The translations under genes and the position numbers were made by a program. A stretch of DNA of 64,000 nucleotides from an uncultured Christensenellaceae bacterium (GTDB taxonomy: Bacteria; Bacillota; Clostridia; Christensenellales; CAG-1252): the NCBI GenBank assembly GCA_964561145.1, contig CAZLNZ010000011.1, positions 11,230 to 75,229 on the forward strand. The letters are read 5' to 3'. Below, piece by piece: positions 20,272 to 29,322 of the stretch (position 1 is the first letter of the stretch; each line of letters starts with the position of its first letter). The notes beneath the pieces are model-generated. The model did not search any database. It was given only the letters and a program-made list of their open reading frames with translations, and had not been told where the DNA came from.

Positions 20272-21378
20272 ATGAAGCTTAGATGTGACGGACTTGCATT
20301 ATCAGAAGCAGTTTTAAAAGTAGCAAAGGCTATATCGATTAAGAAAAACAATACCGTATTAGAGGGTATTAAGCTTACAGCGGCAGACGGTTTCTTGACC
20401 TTGACCGCAACAGACCTTGAAATCACCATAAGCAAGAAAATTGTTGCAGATGTTAAAATCGAAGGTGAAGTTCTTGTTACGGGAAAAGTCTTTGCAGAGT
20501 ATGTAAAGAGTCTTGATCACGAGGTAATTGAACTGGAATGTACCGATTCTAAAAACATTGCAATTCATTATGGTGACAACCAAGTATTTATTAAACTGAT
20601 GGATGTTTCCGCATACCCTGCTATAGATGAAGTCGAGAACGATAGCGAATTGGAATTAAAGAAAGAGGATTTGAAGGATATTATCAACAAAACTGTTTTT
20701 TCAGCATCTATAGAGGATGGCAGACCTATATTGAAAGGTTGTTTGTTTGAAGTTTCCGACGATAGACTTACCGTCGTTGCACTTGACGGCTACAGACTTG
20801 CACTTTGTAATAAAAATATTGTTAGTGGTACAAAGGATAAAGCCAACTATGTTATTCCTGCAAGAAGTTTGGCTGAGATTGCAAAATTTATCGACGAGGG
20901 TGAGGAAAGTGTCAAGCTTGTTTTCGGTCATGATAAGCTTTATGTCAATATCAACAATACCATTGTTATAAGCCGTTTGATTATGAGCGAGTTTATCAAT
21001 TATCGTAACATATTGACCAGTGGTTTCACAACTTCTGTTACCTTCAATAAAGCTCAATTCTATGAAAGCGTATATAGGGCTACAATAATGAGCAAAGCAG
21101 GCAAAAACAACCTTGTAAAGGTTGAGGTTAAGGAAAATACAATGCTTATTGACAGTACAAGCGAAATGGGTGTTGTTCATGAAACAATTCCTGCTGATGT
21201 TGACGGAAAGGAAACGCTTATATGTTTCAACGGAAAATATCTCCTAGATTTCCTCAATGTTGTTGATGATGAATTTGTCAAAATGAACGTTAAGACAAGC
21301 AATTCGCCTTGTATCTTCAATCAAGTGGAAGGAGACGATTACCTGTTCCTTATCTTACCTATGAGGATAACTTATTAA
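20272..21378 (+). CDS. dnaN: DNA polymerase III beta clamp
   Basis: ATDLEI, RPILKG, VALDGYRLA and C-terminal LILPMR; downstream of dnaA. Confidence 0.97.
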   Translation: MKLRCDGLALSEAVLKVAKAISIKKNNTVLEGIKLTAADGFLTLTATDLEITISKKIVADVKIEGEVLVTGKVFAEYVKSLDHEVIELECTDSKNIAIHYGDNQVFIKLMDVSAYPAIDEVENDSELELKKEDLKDIINKTVFSASIEDGRPILKGCLFEVSDDRLTVVALDGYRLALCNKNIVSGTKDKANYVIPARSLAEIAKFIDEGEESVKLVFGHDKLYVNINNTIVISRLIMSEFINYRNILTSGFTTSVTFNKAQFYESVYRATIMSKAGKNNLVKVEVKENTMLIDSTSEMGVVHETIPADVDGKETLICFNGKYLLDFLNVVDDEFVKMNVKTSNSPCIFNQVEGDDYLFLILPMRITY

Positions 21379-21418
21379 TGGTCTTATAAAGGTTAAAATG
21401 TAATATAAGTAGTTTTAG

Positions 21419-21452
21419 AAAAGGGTAATAATTAGCTTATTGCTCTTTTTTT
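21419..21452 (+). terminator. dnaN terminator
   Basis: AAAAGGGTAATAA-TTAGC-TTATTGCTCTTTT hairpin plus T run. Confidence 0.7.
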
Positions 21453-21464
21453 GTTGAGTTATAT

Positions 21465-21528
21465 AATTTACACCCGAAAGGGTGTAAATTGATGTGTTGA
21501 TGCGATTTTTGCACCCGATAGGGTATAG
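21465..21528. promoter_or_regulatory. Two palindromic sites matching the hip-locus operator motif
   Basis: AATTTACACCC-GAAA-GGGTGTAAATT (21465-21490) and TTGCACCCGATAGGGTATAG (21509-21528), the same motif as at 29323-29422. Confidence 0.65.
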
Positions 21529-21666
21529 TTTTTTGTTTTTTTTTTAGAACATGTAGCTACGACAACTTTCTTTGCTACAATTTCCCAGGCTTGTTCCTCT
21601 GTCACAATCCACCGCTCCTTATGTCACTCGGGGCACTATTGTTGACAATTTGTTATAGAATAATAC

Positions 21667-21935
21667 TATCTTATTGTAGGGCGGGGGCTCGTCTCCCGCC
21701 GAAATCCATGTTTACACTACGGTGTGTACCACACCTACAGTCCCTCCGTCTTTTCTCTTCGCTCAAATCTACCTCCCCTTACACGGACCAATGCGAGGCT
21801 TTTTCTGCGGATTCTAATTCATCATACGTAGTGCGGGCAAGGCTTACACCGCATCCTTACAAAACAACAGACATAAAAGTAAATAAATGCTACTAAAAAA
21901 TGAAAAACGCAGGAGCATACATCTAAATGTCATAC
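21667..21935 (+). repeat. Family-B repeat, copy 1 (GTAG-type REP doublet), direct repeat of 35436-35698
   Basis: GTAGGGCGGGGGCTCGTCTCCCGCCG hairpin plus inverted GGTGTG..CACACCTAC; ~265 bp alignable with copy 2. Confidence 0.85.
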
Positions 21936-22133
21936 TGATCGGAAAGAATGCGGTACAATATATTCACAAATAATCCAAATGACAAAGCCACATCTAGAAA
22001 ATATTGCATACCAATTCTGCAATATCAACCTAATATATACAGCCAAATATTCTAAAATGTCATACTGAGCGAAAGGCGAAGCCTGAAGTCGAACCCCGTA
22101 GGGGCGATGTTCGACATCGGTATCTCATCCTTG
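21924..22133 (+). repeat. Family-A composite repeat (half copy + spacer + full structured core 22057-22130)
   Basis: ATGTCATACTGAGCG..GGCGAAGCC..GTCGAACCCC..GGGGCGATGT..ACATCGGTATCTCATCC; nearly identical to 24429-24638. Confidence 0.9.
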
Positions 22134-22204
22134 TTATTATTATATATTGCAAGTTAGAGATTGTTTTCTTGTAAGTTATCGTTATCATTACAACATCATA
22201 CATT

Positions 22205-22229
22205 GTAGGGCGTGGCTATCCTCCCGCCG
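22205..22229 (+). repeat. Single degenerate GTAG-type REP
   Basis: TGTAGGGCGTGGCTATCCTCCCGCCG resembles the start of family B. Confidence 0.55.
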
Positions 22230-22304
22230 TATCAAAAAAAGCCGCCTTCGTGTAAAGGCAGGCGTTTTATGAATTTTTAAGTATTGATGCGTTAAAGCAC
22301 ATTA

Positions 22305-23738
22305 TTATTCAACAATAGATACTAAATCTGTTGCATCAATAAGTACAACATTGTTGTGAGAATTTGCATATTCCTTGACTGTAGTTGTAAATCCGGAAAG
22401 CGAGAATAAATAGTAATAAATATTACCATTAACAAAAACTTTGTTTTGCAATTTTTTAAGTTGCTGCATATCAAAGCATTCGTTTGTGAATTTGCACTCT
22501 CCAAATATGAAATTATCCCCTTTTATATCGGGTGCTAATATGTCGATTTCGAGATTAAGGGATTGCTTTTGTCCATCTATTATTTGTATGGTTTTGCCCC
22601 AATAACGAGATGCGTTGTGAATTCTAAATGGTAGTTTATTTTTTTTATTCAATATATATAGATAATCTAGACATAGTTTTTCAAAGGGGGTTGATGCAAA
22701 GAAATGCAAATTCCCCTTTACGTTTTCCACCCATACACCATCTATGTCACCGTTTTCAAGGTCAGTAAGGTTTGGATATGCAAACGCATACCAAAAACGG
22801 AAGAAATTATCGGTTAGTATATAATTTCCTTTTGAGGAATTAACTTTATCTTTGTCCGAGGATAGTGCAGACGTTTCCTTCTTTACAATAGAGATTTCAA
22901 TTAGATTCTTGAGATATACGCTCAACTTGCTTTTTTCAAGTCTTGTTTTGTTCATTATCTCTGCAAAAGAATTGCTTCCAAGTGCAATGGCTTCGACAAT
23001 GGTGTTATAAACTGCTGTTTCCCTAAGCTCTTGCTTTAATAGAAATTCTACTTCGTTATAAAGGGGACAGCCCTTTCGCAAAATGTTTTGCTTGATATTG
23101 TTTTCCAATGAAAGATTGTTGCTGAATTGTCTCAAATAATGAGGAACTCCTCCCAATATAGAATAAACTAATAACTTATCTTCACTAGAATAATTTGGAA
23201 AGAATTTTATAGCATCAATATACGGCAGAGGATTGATTTTATAAATGCCGGTCGTTCTTCCGTATAACGGATTTTTCTCGGAAAGTAATTCTTTTTCGAT
23301 AAAACTCATAGCACTTCCGCAGAGAACAATCATTATATTTTCGTGACGGAGTTTTTCATCCCATAGTACTTGCAATATTGACGGAATACTTTGGTTGACC
23401 TTGCAGGCATATGGAAATTCGTCTATGACCAAGAGTTTCTTTTTATCGGTGTTGATGAATAAAACAGAGGAAAAAGCTTGCTCCCAATCTGAAAAACAGT
23501 TAACGTACTCGAATGTTGGAATATTATAGGAACGGATCTTATCCGTGAATGATTGTAGCTGTTTTATGTCCGTATACTCACGGCACGTATAGAAAAAGCA
23601 CTGTTTATCCTTGCAAAACTCGTTTAATAATTCAGTTTTACCAACACGGCGTCTTCCGTATAATACGATTAATTCCGCTTTATCCGACTGATATGCATCA
23701 TTTAGAAATTGTAATTCATTTTTACGACCAATAAACAT
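22305..23738 (-). CDS. ATP-binding protein (archaeal-type ATPase + wHTH + DUF234-type PD-(D/E)XK domain)
   Basis: MFIGRKNEL, YGRRRVGKT, IDEFPY, CGSAMS, DNFFRFWY and EIDIL...GECKF. GGAG before ATG 23738. Confidence 0.85.
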   Translation of the reverse strand: MFIGRKNELQFLNDAYQSDKAELIVLYGRRRVGKTELLNEFCKDKQCFFYTCREYTDIKQLQSFTDKIRSYNIPTFEYVNCFSDWEQAFSSVLFINTDKKKLLVIDEFPYACKVNQSIPSILQVLWDEKLRHENIMIVLCGSAMSFIEKELLSEKNPLYGRTTGIYKINPLPYIDAIKFFPNYSSEDKLLVYSILGGVPHYLRQFSNNLSLENNIKQNILRKGCPLYNEVEFLLKQELRETAVYNTIVEAIALGSNSFAEIMNKTRLEKSKLSVYLKNLIEISIVKKETSALSSDKDKVNSSKGNYILTDNFFRFWYAFAYPNLTDLENGDIDGVWVENVKGNLHFFASTPFEKLCLDYLYILNKKNKLPFRIHNASRYWGKTIQIIDGQKQSLNLEIDILAPDIKGDNFIFGECKFTNECFDMQQLKKLQNKVFVNGNIYYYLFSLSGFTTTVKEYANSHNNVVLIDATDLVSIVE

Positions 23739-23760
23739 AGCTAACTCCATATACTATCAT

Positions 23761-23790
23761 TGTCTAATCTAGATTTGTCTAATCACGATT
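23761..23790. promoter_or_regulatory. Tandem palindromes upstream of the ATPase (putative operator)
   Basis: TGTCT-AATCTAGATT-TGTCT-AATCACGATT, 15-bp period. Confidence 0.5.
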
Positions 23791-24116
23791 TTACAAAAAT
23801 ATTGTAACAGATAATAATATCATGTGTCAAGACTTGTTATCGTAAATTGTATAAATAATTGCAAAAAATATGTATAAATACATACTTGGCGGAATGAAAG
23901 TTGTGAAATAAAATAAGAAAGCATCAAAATGATAAAGTTGCAGTTGAAAAAATCAATACTTGCTATTAGAAATCATTGAAATATAGCAAAAGATATGTAT
24001 AACGTCCCATGAACGGAAGGAAAGATGTGCGACAAAATAAGAAACAATATCGATATTAAGCTTATTAGATAATAGGAAATAACTTTATTATATCAAAAAG
24101 AATAAAGTAGTGGATC

Positions 24117-24322
24117 AATGTTACACTGAGCGAAAGAAAGTGGTACAATATATATACCAATAATCTAAATAATAAAATTACACTTAGAAACAATAAATGT
24201 CAATTCTATAATGCGAACCATTTTTTTACTATTAAACAGTCTAAAATGTCATACTGAGCGGAAGGCGAAGCCTGAAGTCGAACCCCATCGGGGCGACACA
24301 AAGTGTCGGTATCTTATCCTTG
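24117..24322 (+). repeat. Family-A composite repeat (core 24246-24319)
   Basis: Same scaffold; hairpin 3 is CGACAC-AAA-GTGTCG. Confidence 0.85.
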
Positions 24323-24428
24323 TTAAAAGGAATGTGATAAAGCAAATCAAAAATACTCCAAATGACAATAAAGAAATATAAACGATAAAATGTAGTGTAA
24401 AACTCGAATAAAATACTGGTACTGCATG

Positions 24429-24638
24429 TAAATGTCATACTGAGCGGAAGGAATGCGGTACAATATATTCACAAATAATCCAAATGACAAAGCCACATCT
24501 AGAAAATATTGCATGCCAATTCTGCAGTATCAACCTAATATATACAGCCAAATATTCTAAAATGTCATACTGAGCGGAAGGCGTAGCCTGCAGTCGAACC
24601 CCATCGGGGCGATGTGTAACATCGGTATCTCATCCTTG
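24429..24638 (+). repeat. Family-A composite repeat (core 24562-24635)
   Basis: 210-bp near-identical direct repeat of 21924-22133. Confidence 0.9.
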
Positions 24639-24700
24639 AAAAAGTCCTGTAAAGCATTGTTTTAATTGATGTATTAATTTTTTCAATCTGTATCATTTTC

Positions 24701-24729
24701 AAAAAAACTCCTCTTTTTGATAGAGGAGT
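24701..24729 (-). terminator. Terminator of the starch-binding protein gene
   Basis: ACTCCTCT/AGAGGAGT stem with an A run on + (U run on -). Confidence 0.65.
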
Positions 24730-24750
24730 CTTGTTTTTTGTTCAGCATTA

Positions 24751-25995
24751 CTAATCCATTGAGCTTACCCAACCATACGCTAGATTGTCTGTGTAATATC
24801 TTGAATAATCATAATACCAATTGTAATGAGTTATCGAAATATCGGCGGTTTGTGTTCCGCTGTAGTTGTGGAAAATTACATAGGTATCAGATGTCTTTAT
24901 GTCTACATAATACCAACCATTTCCCAGTGATGTCATTTTATCTCCGGGCCAAGTTGTTCCGGTACTGCTATTCCAGTGGTGACAATAAACATTGCTCCAA
25001 TTTGCGGTATTTTTGAAGTAGATTCTTCTTGTTGTTGCGGTGTATAGATTAAATCCGTTTGTCCACTCATAGCCGTTAAAGTACAGTTTCTCTGTATCTA
25101 TGTCAAGGTTTGGAGTTTGGGAACTTCCATTATTATTGAATATAATGTTTGCACAATCCTTTGCGATAGTAATTGAATACCATTTAGAGTGTCCGTCAAC
25201 CGCTGTCATGGTACTTCCTGCCCAAGTAGTATTATATGTTTCTATAGTAGAACCCCAAGTATGGGCTTTAACTGTACTCCAATCGAGTACATTGTAATAA
25301 TATACCGTTATAGTGGGGATTCCTGTCCAAATCAAAGGATTTCCATCATAGTCTCGTTTTGCATAGAATGTGTATTCTCCTGCATATGGAGCAGTACCGC
25401 TGAAATCTGTGGAGTTTTGCCAAGCAGAAGAAGTAGAAGTATAGGAATAACCCTTGTTGTCAGAAATGGTTACTTTGTCGCCCTCGTTTAAATAAACAGA
25501 TGCCGTGTATTGGGAAGCCACTGTGGTGTCAGAAGTATGAGATGCGGTCATGGGATAGGATGTTGAACTGTTTACCGTAATTGTTACCTCGTTGAAATCA
25601 TTATTCCATTGATAACCGTCAAAATACAAGTTGCTTCCGTCTACTGTTAAATTATCGGTTTTCTTGCTGTCATCATTTGAATTGAAGAGAACATTAGCAT
25701 ATCCGTTTGAAACCTCTATCGAATACCAGCCATCTTGTCCATTGACTGCGGTCATTGTTTCTCCCGGGTAAGCTTTATTATAGTTACCTGTAGAATCCCA
25801 GACATAGGCGTAAACTGAATCCCAAGAATAAATATTGAAGTAATACAAAGTTACTGTTGTAGGTGTAGAAGAAACTCCTTCAAAGTTTATGATTAGAGAG
25901 CCTTCGCTTGTGTACAAAGCAAAAGCACTACCGATAACCGATATGCATAGTATCAGGGATATTATGATTGTTATTAGTTTAGCTTCTCTTTTCAT
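24751..25995 (-). CDS. SipW-class secreted starch-binding protein (3 CBM26-like + 1 SusE/F-like domain, no catalytic domain)
   Basis: Signal ...IGSAFALYTSEG; three YYxN..W..V(Y/K)(A/C)(Y/H)xW...(Y/W)(P/A)G..MT...WY...(L/I)FN units. Confidence 0.75.
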   Translation of the reverse strand: MKREAKLITIIISLILCISVIGSAFALYTSEGSLIINFEGVSSTPTTVTLYYFNIYSWDSVYAYVWDSTGNYNKAYPGETMTAVNGQDGWYSIEVSNGYANVLFNSNDDSKKTDNLTVDGSNLYFDGYQWNNDFNEVTITVNSSTSYPMTASHTSDTTVASQYTASVYLNEGDKVTISDNKGYSYTSTSSAWQNSTDFSGTAPYAGEYTFYAKRDYDGNPLIWTGIPTITVYYYNVLDWSTVKAHTWGSTIETYNTTWAGSTMTAVDGHSKWYSITIAKDCANIIFNNNGSSQTPNLDIDTEKLYFNGYEWTNGFNLYTATTRRIYFKNTANWSNVYCHHWNSSTGTTWPGDKMTSLGNGWYYVDIKTSDTYVIFHNYSGTQTADISITHYNWYYDYSRYYTDNLAYGWVSSMD

Positions 25996-26058
25996 TACTT
26001 CTCCTATATACCATTAGTATTCTGCCAGTATTCTGCCGTTGAATACTTTTCTTTATGC

Positions 26059-26140
26059 GGATGAGATACCGATGCAAGCATCGCCCCTGTGGGGTTCGAC
26101 TACAGAAATTGATACCAATTTCTTCCGCTCAGTATGACAT
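26059..26140 (-). repeat. Family-A core, reverse orientation
   Basis: GGATGAGATAC-CGATGCAAGCATCG-CCCCTGTGGGG-TTCGACTACA-GAAATTGATACCAATTTC-TTCCGCTCAGTATGACAT. Confidence 0.9.
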
Positions 26141-26317
26141 GTATATGCACTTTTTACGGTGTTTTTTTTTGATTTTTAGCGGCAATTCCGGCTTTTTATG
26201 GCTGCCCTCCTTTTGTTATTCGGTATGACGTATGTGTATTGCGTACCGAGCATATTGATTCAGGTTTTCCACATATCATCATATACGAACGGGCTTTTTA
26301 TTCTGTATGAGATACCG

Positions 26318-27106
26318 TCAATTTGTATCGTGTTCTGATTCTGTAGAATTCTCTGCTGCTTTTTTCGTGTCGACAACATCGCTAATGTCATCACTCAAGC
26401 TTTCTTCTGTAGCATTCTCTTCAATATCGACTGCATCTGAACAATCCTCTGTGTTGTTATCGCGTTCGGCGGAGTCGGTATCTTTTTTAGTTTCGACCTT
26501 GTCTTTTTCTTCGTGTACGTAGTTTAGAATAACTTTTGTAATCAATATTATCGCTATAACTGCAATAAGGGCAACTATTCCAAATGCACTCTGCAGAAAA
26601 TCGATAACCACACCAAATTGTCCGAGAGAACCTACATAAATGCCTGTGATTTGATTTAAGCTTTTGGGTGCATCTCTTTCAGGTCGTGCATCACCTTGCG
26701 TTACGTACATTGTCTGCCCTGTAGTAGGATCGGTGTAAATTTCAACCACACGGTGAATTACGGTTGCATCTCCCATTTTAAAGGTCACTATATCGTAAAC
26801 TTCGGGAGCTTCTCCCTCTTTCAGTTTTCTTGTAAATACAAGATCTCTTACTTGCATTTGTTCGTCATGCCCCTCTAAAAACTCTGCATTTTCCGCACAC
26901 TTAAAGGACATACTTCCCGATTCAACAATCATTCCTCTGTAACCGAAGAAGGGATAAACATCTTTACCCGAAAGTTTTTGAATAAAAGAAAAAACCAATA
27001 CGACAATAAAAAATAGCATAACAATGTAGAACAAAACGTTAAGAACTATTTTGCCCACCTTTTTAGCATTTGTTATTTTTTTACTCTCGTATTGGCTTTT
27101 TGTCAT
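26318..27106 (-). CDS. sipW: Signal peptidase I, SipW/ER type
   Basis: Ser motif IVESGSM, His motif VIHRVV (His rather than Lys), TQGDA..DA, and N- and C-terminal TMs. Confidence 0.85.
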   Translation of the reverse strand: MTKSQYESKKITNAKKVGKIVLNVLFYIVMLFFIVVLVFSFIQKLSGKDVYPFFGYRGMIVESGSMSFKCAENAEFLEGHDEQMQVRDLVFTRKLKEGEAPEVYDIVTFKMGDATVIHRVVEIYTDPTTGQTMYVTQGDARPERDAPKSLNQITGIYVGSLGQFGVVIDFLQSAFGIVALIAVIAIILITKVILNYVHEEKDKVETKKDTDSAERDNNTEDCSDAVDIEENATEESLSDDISDVVDTKKAAENSTESEHDTN

Positions 27107-27125
27107 ATCTATATAATACGCAAGC

Positions 27126-27151
27126 TACGGTCGGGATGTTTCCCGACCGTA
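27126..27151. promoter_or_regulatory. Intra-operon stem-loop
   Basis: TACGGTCGGGA-TGTT-TCCCGACCGTA perfect 11-bp stem between the 284-aa gene and sipW; no U tract on the - strand. Confidence 0.6.
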
Positions 27152-27209
27152 TTTACTGTTGCGTGTTGTTATTGTAATGCGATAATCGATTGTTGGGTTA
27201 ATTGCTTGA

Positions 27210-28064
27210 TTAGCCCATCGATGACATTGTTTGTATCCATACTTGGTCGTATTGATTATAACAAACGAAGTATGTGCCTGTTGTATCGACTGTAATGTTT
27301 TGAGTATAAGTTCCGTTAACTCCTGCCCCCATAGAATCACCGGCTGCTAGCCATTCAATGCCTCCTGCAGTTGTGTAACGAACGACCTTATACTCTTCTC
27401 CTGCCTCGAGAGTTACATTAAGTTTACGTGCTTTGTCTGTTTGACCTGTTAAATCTCCATCAAGGAGGATGGCATTTTTATTAACGCCCCAACCACTCTT
27501 TGTACCGATGATGTAGTAACCGCCGTCTACAGGAGCCCAGTCAACAACTTTCCAGCTTACGCTTACTGTAATGTTTTTATTGGAAGCAGCTTTAAACCCT
27601 TCATTGGTTTTACCTGCATCGGTTAATGCAATTGTTAAAGTTAAGTATTGGGGAAGATCATCCAAAGGAAGGGTAACACCGCTTGTTAGTTGTGCTTGTT
27701 CGTAATTAACATCTTCGGCGCTGTCGCCTGCTCCCTTTGCGACTCCTGATAATACGTAATATGAAGAATCAAGAGTGCCGCCAAGACTAATCTTTAATTC
27801 GCCATTGAGGCCTGCCATTTGTTCTTTTGCACCGCTTACATCAAGAGTGACTTTTTGTGTAGCAGAATTAGATGTAGGATTTAAAACCACATTTCCAAAA
27901 TTGATTGCACCGCCATCTGCGGCTAGTGTTAGTGTGACAGCATCTTCAGAACCGAAGTTTATTACCAAGTTTGTCGCATCCTTGTAATAGAGGGCGAAGC
28001 ATCCGCCTACTACGGAAAGGCAAAGAACGATTGCAATTACTAAAACGATAATTTTCTTAGTCAT
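27210..28064 (-). CDS. SipW-class secreted protein: pilin/TasA-like Ig body plus C-terminal SusE/F-like carbohydrate-binding domain
   Basis: Signal ...VGGCFALYYKDA, beta-rich body, C-terminal GYYIIGTKSGW...VTLEAGEEYKVV...W. RBS GGAGG. Confidence 0.6.
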   Translation of the reverse strand: MTKKIIVLVIAIVLCLSVVGGCFALYYKDATNLVINFGSEDAVTLTLAADGGAINFGNVVLNPTSNSATQKVTLDVSGAKEQMAGLNGELKISLGGTLDSSYYVLSGVAKGAGDSAEDVNYEQAQLTSGVTLPLDDLPQYLTLTIALTDAGKTNEGFKAASNKNITVSVSWKVVDWAPVDGGYYIIGTKSGWGVNKNAILLDGDLTGQTDKARKLNVTLEAGEEYKVVRYTTAGGIEWLAAGDSMGAGVNGTYTQNITVDTTGTYFVCYNQYDQVWIQTMSSMG

Positions 28065-28082
28065 AATTCACCTCCGTAATTG

Positions 28083-28574
28083 TTAAGCCTCAACACGCAC
28101 AAAAGAACAAGTTAAAGTACCACCTGTAGCCTTAACTTCGTCTTGTGTTGCATCTTCAGCTAACAACAGTTTTACATAGACTGTTGTACCTTCGCTTATT
28201 CCGGTAACTGTAATCACGCCTTTATCGATAGATACGTTGTCTGTGAGTGCAGTATTACCTGCTGCGTCGGAATAAATGCCGATGGTAACCTTTTCGATGT
28301 TTTTCTCGGATTGTGCTGCGGGGGTGATTGTCAACGTACCACTACCCCAGTTTTCTGCATTTGTGTCAACACTTAATACAATAGGTACAATTTTTGGTAC
28401 ACCGGCAGAAAGGATTACGCCTGTGCCGGCTGATGAGTTCAATCCCAAATACAAATATGTATCGGTAGAAATTGAGCCTTCAATGTCATTTGCATCATAA
28501 ACAGCAACTGCCAATACCGAACCGATAACAGCAATGCAGAGAATAATGCCGATTAATAAAATGGTCTTTTTCAT
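28083..28574 (-). CDS. Small SipW-class secreted protein, pilin/TasA-like subunit
   Basis: Signal ...IGSVLAVAVYD, single Ig-like domain ending GGTLTCSF, strong RBS AGGAGG; first gene of the operon. Confidence 0.6.
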   Translation of the reverse strand: MKKTILLIGIILCIAVIGSVLAVAVYDANDIEGSISTDTYLYLGLNSSAGTGVILSAGVPKIVPIVLSVDTNAENWGSGTLTITPAAQSEKNIEKVTIGIYSDAAGNTALTDNVSIDKGVITVTGISEGTTVYVKLLLAEDATQDEVKATGGTLTCSFVRVEA

Positions 28575-28681
28575 TAATAAAGATCTCCTCCTAAATAATA
28601 TTTTTCTAGATTTTGTCTAAATAATGGCTGAAAAAATATACAAAGAAGGACTAAACAACGCCATTATTACGAAACATTACC

Positions 28682-28714
28682 ATTATATATATATATATAT
28701 ATAAGAAAAGTAAA
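28682..28714 (-). promoter_or_regulatory. Candidate promoter with (TA)10 microsatellite in the spacer
   Basis: On the - strand: TTTACT (28714-28709), 21 bp, TATAAT (28687-28682). (TA)10 at 28684-28703. Confidence 0.55.
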
Positions 28715-28865
28715 TGAGTACCAATAATTTTTAATCAAATCTTAATAATTCTTTTTTATGCCGGAAAACCCTCGAGATATTTCTTGCGTAGAGGAGTCTT
28801 TTTTTAGGATTATATACCGATGTTTAAGTATGACCTATAGTGGTTCTTTGTTGATATAATGATGT

Positions 28866-29305
28866 GGATGAGATACTGACACTAAGGTGTCGCCCCTACG
28901 GGGTTCGACTACAGAAATTGGTACCAATTTCTTCCGCTCAGTATGACATTTTAGATGGTTTGGTGGTAGCAATTATGTCAATATTGCAGGATTTGCATGT
29001 ACTATTATCTAGGTACAATTCTTTCACTTTGTATGACATTCGAGTGTATTCCTTCTGAAAAGTAAAGGATGAGATACCGACATTAAGGTGTCGCCCCTGT
29101 GGGGTTCGACTACAGAAATTGATACCAATTTCTTCCGCTCAGTATGACATTTTAGATGGTTTGGTGGTAGCAATTATGTCAATATTGCAGGATTTGCATG
29201 TACTATTATCTAGGTACAATTCTGACATTTGTATTATTTGTAATTTTATTATACCACATTCGTTTCACTCGGTATTACATCGGGGTGTATTCTTTTAAAA
29301 AGTAG
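28866..29305 (-). repeat. Tandem pair of family-A reverse composite repeats (cores 28866-28949, 29067-29150)
   Basis: 201-bp period, near-identical units. Confidence 0.9.
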
Positions 29306-29322
29306 TAGTAATTAATAAGAAA

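Noticed and set aside
21591-21896. 101-aa ORF and its look-alike at 35381-35593
   Set aside because: The similarity comes from the non-coding family-B repeat. There is no RBS and the frames diverge. The same applies to the small ORFs at 24241, 28864, 31056, 31360 and 31387 over family-A repeats.
26059-26140. tRNA gene suggested by GGTTCGACT and multiple hairpins
   Set aside because: No acceptor stem, anticodon arm or CCA. The motif lies mid-element in a repeat scaffold.
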